From Gammaproteobacteria bacterium (GTDB lineage: Bacteria; Pseudomonadota; Gammaproteobacteria; Ga0077536): DNA of 64,000 nucleotides. This document shows, piece after piece, positions 59,284 to 64,000 of this stretch. Made by a program: the position numbers and the translations under genes. Location: NCBI GenBank assembly GCA_963662545.2, contig CAXXLL010000003.1, positions 2,752,001-2,816,000 on the forward strand, in the 5' to 3' direction. The notes under the pieces are model-generated. The model was not told where the DNA came from, searched no databases, and was given only the letters and a program-made list of their open reading frames with translations. Position 1 is the first letter of the stretch; the number at the start of each line of letters is the position of its first letter.

Positions 59284-59910
59284 ATGTCGACGAAGTGGTC
59301 AGCAAAAGGCGAATATATGGAAGCGTGCAGTTGCGATTTCCTCTGCCCCTGCATTGCGAAAAACATGACGACCCCCGCGACGCATGATTTCTGCAAGGTC
59401 GCGCTCGCTTTCGATATCGCATCCGGCCAGTTCGGCGACACCTCGCTCGACGGTGTGCGATTCGTGATGTTCGCCGAGTCCAAGGCCATTATGGGCGCGG
59501 GTGAGTGGATCGGCGGCGTGGTCATCGATTCTTCGGCGAGCGGTGAGCAGGCAGCGGCCGTCGGGGCGATTGCGGGAGGCGACGGCGGTGGGCCCCTGGC
59601 CATGTTCGCGCCCTTGATCAGCGACTTCCGCGGCGTCGAACGTCATTCGATAGAATTTCACAAGGACGGTAAGAACGTCAGCGTAAAAATCGAAGGTTTG
59701 TTGGACCAGGCGGTCGTTGGTGTCGACAGCATGTCGGCCGAGGGCGACTGCATTGCGCTCGACAATACAGCGCATCCGGTCAACAAGCGGCTCAACCTGG
59801 CCAGCGCTACGCGTAATGTCATCAATGCCTTCGGCATCGAGTGGCGGGAAGACTCGGATCGTACCAACGGTCATTTCGCATCGTTCGAATGGCAGGGCGA
59901 GGCGGCGTGA
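59284..59910 (+). CDS. DUF1326 protein
   Basis: GEYMEACSCDFLCPC..THDFC. Confidence 0.85.
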   Translation: MSTKWSAKGEYMEACSCDFLCPCIAKNMTTPATHDFCKVALAFDIASGQFGDTSLDGVRFVMFAESKAIMGAGEWIGGVVIDSSASGEQAAAVGAIAGGDGGGPLAMFAPLISDFRGVERHSIEFHKDGKNVSVKIEGLLDQAVVGVDSMSAEGDCIALDNTAHPVNKRLNLASATRNVINAFGIEWREDSDRTNGHFASFEWQGEAA

Positions 59911-60686
59911 ACTTAGGCCGCGCGCCGACTCTTTATTCAATACAACGAACGTCAAGCATCGCGGCGCTTTTGACCGTCGCGGCGGCGGCATGGTGGTTCC
60001 TGATCGCCAGCGAAGTCGCCATGAACCGCATGGCAGGCGACGGCCCCATCATGGAGCTCATGTGGCTCATGATGACCCCAGTCGATACGGTGCCCTACCT
60101 CTTGGCCGCATCGACGATGTGGATTGCCATGATGATCGCCATGATGATCCCGGCGGCCGTGCCCATGGCCTTGATCTATCGCCGCATGGATCGCGGCGCC
60201 TCATCGAATCTCGATACGTTCATTTTTTCCTGCGGCTATCTCGCGGGTTGGTCATTCTATTCGCTCGGCGCGGCAGGCTTGCAATGGTGGCTGCATTCGC
60301 GGGGAACGCTGCACGGCCATCTGCTCGTCACCGGCGCGAATCTGGCGGCTGCGATCTTGATTGCCGCGGGGGTCTACCAACTCACACCGCTCAAGGAGGC
60401 TTGTCTCAACCGTTGCCGCAGTCCGCTCGGATTTTTCATGGAGAACTGGAAGAACGGACGGCTCGGCGCATTCAAGATGGGCCTCCATCATGGGCTTTAC
60501 TGCGTCGGCTGCTGCTGGGTATTGATGTTGCTCATGTTCGCCGGCGGAGCGATGAGCGTCGCGACCATGGCGGCGCTCAGTATGTTCATACTCGCCGAGC
60601 GTCTGTTGCCGGCCGGGCCGTGGGTCTCGAAGATTCCGGGACTTATGATGATGGGGTGGGGTGGGGTGATATTTTGGAGTGCGTGA
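59907..60686 (+). CDS. DUF2182 metal-binding membrane protein
   Basis: MWIAMMIAMMIP, YQLTPLKEACLNRCRSP, YCVGCCW. Confidence 0.88.
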   Translation: MNLGRAPTLYSIQRTSSIAALLTVAAAAWWFLIASEVAMNRMAGDGPIMELMWLMMTPVDTVPYLLAASTMWIAMMIAMMIPAAVPMALIYRRMDRGASSNLDTFIFSCGYLAGWSFYSLGAAGLQWWLHSRGTLHGHLLVTGANLAAAILIAAGVYQLTPLKEACLNRCRSPLGFFMENWKNGRLGAFKMGLHHGLYCVGCCWVLMLLMFAGGAMSVATMAALSMFILAERLLPAGPWVSKIPGLMMMGWGGVIFWSA

Positions 60687-60809
60687 ACGGGAAGCCGATC
60701 TCGCCCGCAAGCGGGCGAATTAATTTTTCCGCCGAGGCTAACGCAAGCTTCCGACATGCTAAAGGATCGTTCTGATCCGTTTGCATAGTCGCGCTGAGCT
60801 TCATCCGTA

Positions 60810-61082
60810 TCAAGGATCCGGATCGACGTACTCCTTCGGTCTTTCCGATCCTTCACCGAAGAAAAACTTATCCATTTCCCCTTCCAGGAAAGCCCGATCT
60901 TTGGGATCGATGGGCGTCAGCCGATTTTCATTGATCAACATGGTCTGGTGCGCCAGCCACATCTGCCACGCTTCTTTGGAGACCTGTTCGAATATTCGCT
61001 GACCAAGTTCACCGGGATAGGGAGGCATTTGCAGGCCCTCGGCGTCGCGCCCGAGTTTGATGCATTGAACAATTCTCGACAT
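60810..61082 (-). CDS. yggX: Oxidative damage protection / Fe(II) trafficking protein
   Basis: [33 protein letters not shown]. Confidence 0.93.
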   Translation of the reverse strand: MSRIVQCIKLGRDAEGLQMPPYPGELGQRIFEQVSKEAWQMWLAHQTMLINENRLTPIDPKDRAFLEGEMDKFFFGEGSERPKEYVDPDP

Positions 61083-61092
61083 AGTGACTTTC

Positions 61093-62184
61093 TCAAAGCC
61101 TGTTTGATCGCAGTGTTTTCAGCAGCCGGCTGACCGGTGCGGGGAGTCCGATTTTGATCGAATCCTCGCCCGAATACCAGCACAGATCGTCCGCGTCGGC
61201 GACGTGTTCGAAAGCTGCGCCTGCATCCAGCAACAATGGCTGAATTTCGAGCCTGAAATGCGTGAATTTATGCGTCATCGATCGCAGACGTCCGCGGATG
61301 CAGGCGTTACGAAAACCGAGAGCGGTGACGCGCTCGACCAGCTTCATTTCGTCCGCCGCTTCGGGGAAGCTCCACAGTCCGCCCCATACGCCGGACGGCG
61401 GCCGCCGCTGCAGCAGCACCTGGCCTGCCTCGTTTTCGATGACGAGAAAACAGGTTTTCCGGTGCGGCAAATCGCGTCGGGGGCGCGGTTCCGGATAGGC
61501 CTCCACACGGCCGAGGCGCCGCGCTTTGCAATCATCGCGGAGCGGACAGCATTCGCAATCCGGTTTGCTGCGGGTGCAAACGGTAGCTCCGAGATCCATG
61601 ATCGCCTGCGTATAGTCGCGGGGATTGTCCTCTGGCACATAGCGCGCGGATAAGTCCCACAGCTTTTTCAGTACCGGAGTCCGCCCCGTCCAGCCTTCGA
61701 TAGCGTGGTAACGAGCGAGCACGCGTTTGACGTTGCCATCCAGGATCGCGACTGGGCGGTTGCCGGACAGCGCGAGGATAGCGCCGGCCGTCGAGCGGCC
61801 GATACCCGGCAGACCGATGAGCGCCTCGAGTGATTGGGGAAACCTACCGTCGTATTCGTCAACCAGGATGCGTGCCGCGGCGTGCAGATTACGCGCGCGG
61901 GTGTAATAGCCCAGTCCCGACCATAAGTGCAAGACGCCGTCGATTGATGCCGCCGCCAAGATGCTTACTTCGGGGAAAGCGAATACGAAGCGCTCGAAAT
62001 AGGGAATGACGGTCCTGACCTGGGTCTGCTGCAACATGATTTCCGACAGCCACACGCGATAATCCGTACGCTCCTGTTGCCACGGCAGGTCGTGGCGGCC
62101 GTGTTCCCGGTACCAGATGATGAGGCGTTCGCTGAACGCGTCGTCGTCAGCGCATTTCGCGCCGCCGGCTGGTCCGATGATCAT
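61093..62184 (-). CDS. mutY: A/G-specific adenine glycosylase
   Basis: [31 protein letters not shown], 4Fe-4S CxxxxxxCxxCxxxxxC. Confidence 0.96.
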   Translation of the reverse strand: MIIGPAGGAKCADDDAFSERLIIWYREHGRHDLPWQQERTDYRVWLSEIMLQQTQVRTVIPYFERFVFAFPEVSILAAASIDGVLHLWSGLGYYTRARNLHAAARILVDEYDGRFPQSLEALIGLPGIGRSTAGAILALSGNRPVAILDGNVKRVLARYHAIEGWTGRTPVLKKLWDLSARYVPEDNPRDYTQAIMDLGATVCTRSKPDCECCPLRDDCKARRLGRVEAYPEPRPRRDLPHRKTCFLVIENEAGQVLLQRRPPSGVWGGLWSFPEAADEMKLVERVTALGFRNACIRGRLRSMTHKFTHFRLEIQPLLLDAGAAFEHVADADDLCWYSGEDSIKIGLPAPVSRLLKTLRSNRL

Positions 62185-62738
62185 GTGCCCTCGTATGCCT
62201 CGGACTGAACGATGCGCTCGATATTGTCACAGGAATCCCGTAATTCCTTGAGAAACACACGTTTTAAAATATAGGGTCCGATCACGGGCGGGATCCAGAA
62301 AGTCGGCGTTTGCCGGGCGCTGATGCTCATACGCGTGCGCCCGCCAGCAACGGTTTCTATGCGCCATTCGGCAACACCGTCTTCAAACGTACTTTCCTCG
62401 GGTACGATCGTGGTCACGATCTTATCGGGCATTTCCTCGACGGTCTCGACGAAATTCAAATCGAAGCAAAATAGGAGAATGCATCGACGCAATCGGAGCA
62501 CGCGTTTGAGGGAATGCGCGCCGTAGCGCTCGATGACGCGGCTTTCGACGATATGACTGTTGATTCGATCCAGACGATCGTAGTCGGTGACGATGGCGCG
62601 AACTGGGGCGGTTGCAGCGTCGATCACGAATATAAACGTATACGAGTAAGTTCCGCGATCAAACTCAATATCCGCGCGTTCTGTCTCGACGGCAGTTGCC
62701 GTCGCTGAAAGCAGGATCAGAGCGGCGGCGAGCTGCAT
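62181..62738 (-). CDS. Secreted SRPBCC/START-like hypothetical protein
   Basis: Signal peptide, IVTDYDRL, FWIPPVIGP. Confidence 0.65.
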   Translation of the reverse strand: MQLAAALILLSATATAVETERADIEFDRGTYSYTFIFVIDAATAPVRAIVTDYDRLDRINSHIVESRVIERYGAHSLKRVLRLRRCILLFCFDLNFVETVEEMPDKIVTTIVPEESTFEDGVAEWRIETVAGGRTRMSISARQTPTFWIPPVIGPYILKRVFLKELRDSCDNIERIVQSEAYEGT

Positions 62739-62859
62739 CTATCCTGCGATTCCAGCGTGTGAGACCGCTTTATCCAAAAATGCGTTCGTGCGGCGACAGC
62801 CTCTTACGCGAACGATGGATTCCAACAATACCAGCACGGTGTCGGAGCGGAATAAGCCA

Positions 62860-64000
62860 TTAGAACTTGAAGATCTTCTTGAGTGCTTCTCCAGCGTCGC
62901 CGCCGATGGCGTCTTGAAGCTTTTTCCCAATTTCTTTCGTTATTGCGCTCTTCGCAACCTGCTTGATGATGCTGCCGAAGTCGGGTAGACAGCTTGGGTT
63001 CTCAATGGCGCCGCGACATTTGATCGGCACGGAATAACCGCCAAGATTGTAATTGCCACCGTCCGCGCCCTTGCGCGCTTCGGATACGGCGAGCTCGAGA
63101 TTGTACTTAAGGGTGTTGTTGTGCAGATTAGCGAGCATCCCTTTACCGGTAATTGTGAAACCGTCGCCGGACAGCACGAGATCCTCGTTACGGATGACGC
63201 CGTTTTTAGCGGTCAGTGTACCGGCCAGCGTATTGAATCGGGTCTCGCCGCCCTTAGGCACCGACACCGGGCACTTGCATTCGATGATTTGTTCCACCGC
63301 GCGCAGCACGGCGACGGCATCGACGCCGCGGAACACGCCGTTCGTGGTTCCGAACTGGGCGGTTCCGTTCAAGGATTTCTTGATCCGATCGCCGTCACCG
63401 CCGACGGCCTTGAGCGCGGCATTGAAACTCACGATGCCGGACAGCATGTCGTTGCCGACGGTGTCCTTGATCAACGGCTCGACGCTGACGTTCTTGAGAT
63501 TGGTCTTCAGCACGAGCAGCGGTTGTTTGCCGGTCGCGTCGAGATCGATGACCCCGCCGTAGGTACCCTGATACAGCTCCGCGCCCAGGGGAGATAGCCT
63601 GATCTTGCCACCGTCGGCGCGAATGGAGAACTTGATGTTCTTCATTTTTGCACCGGACAGCACCAGGTCACCGATCAGCAGGTCGCCTTTGATCTTGAGC
63701 GCGCGCAGCATCTCCACCGGCAGTTCGCTGGCGGCGCCTGCTGCCGCGGCTTCCGGCGTTACGGGCCTGGATCTGCCCTTGGACGTCGGTTCCAGGTAAC
63801 GGTCGGCATTGATCTGATCGACGCCGATGGCGAAAGTGAGATCAGGACCTTCGAAGTTGGCGACATTCACGTTGCCTTGGATAGTGGTCTCATCGAGCGC
63901 GATCTCTAGGCCATCCAGCTTGATGCTGCCCGTGGTGCCGCTGAACCGGGTCTTCAGCCCGAGCCTGGTCAGGGCGCTGGGATCGGCAGTCTTCGGTACC
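62860..64000 (-). CDS. asmA: AsmA family protein (5' end beyond the window)
   Basis: DQINADRYL, LYQG, SLNG, TRFNTL; synteny with mutY-yggX. Confidence 0.82.
   Translation of the reverse strand, partial: VPKTADPSALTRLGLKTRFSGTTGSIKLDGLEIALDETTIQGNVNVANFEGPDLTFAIGVDQINADRYLEPTSKGRSRPVTPEAAAAGAASELPVEMLRALKIKGDLLIGDLVLSGAKMKNIKFSIRADGGKIRLSPLGAELYQGTYGGVIDLDATGKQPLLVLKTNLKNVSVEPLIKDTVGNDMLSGIVSFNAALKAVGGDGDRIKKSLNGTAQFGTTNGVFRGVDAVAVLRAVEQIIECKCPVSVPKGGETRFNTLAGTLTAKNGVIRNEDLVLSGDGFTITGKGMLANLHNNTLKYNLELAVSEARKGADGGNYNLGGYSVPIKCRGAIENPSCLPDFGSIIKQVAKSAITKEIGKKLQDAIGGDAGEALKKIFKF

Overview
Gammaproteobacterial-type chromosomal window. The right end (59.2-64 kb) is ordinary core genome: DUF1326/DUF2182, yggX, mutY and asmA next to tRNA-Phe. 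A ~36.6 kb genomic island (about 22293-58916) is integrated at tRNA-Phe, bounded by a 49-bp att duplication, with a tyrosine integrase at its distal end. The island carries a Neisseria-like type II-C CRISPR-Cas9 locus: tracrRNA, an intact 1128-aa cas9 and cas1, a cas2 split by one IS66, and an array truncated by a second IS66, with one 114-bp spacer containing 89 bp of the first IS66. It also carries catabolic cargo, a Sel1/MORN/protease cluster and many IS (IS21 x3, IS6 x2, IS3 x2 plus a remnant, IS66 x2, ISNCY/IS5-like). The left 22 kb is a mosaic of intact and truncated metabolic genes with IS110, IS91/ISCR-like, ISNCY and rve-type elements. A family of 47-72 bp multi-hairpin insertions (CA[C/G]GGATG loops, covarying stems) sits inside IS91 and IS21 transposase genes and is the least explained signal. 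Some duplications may be long-read assembly artefacts.
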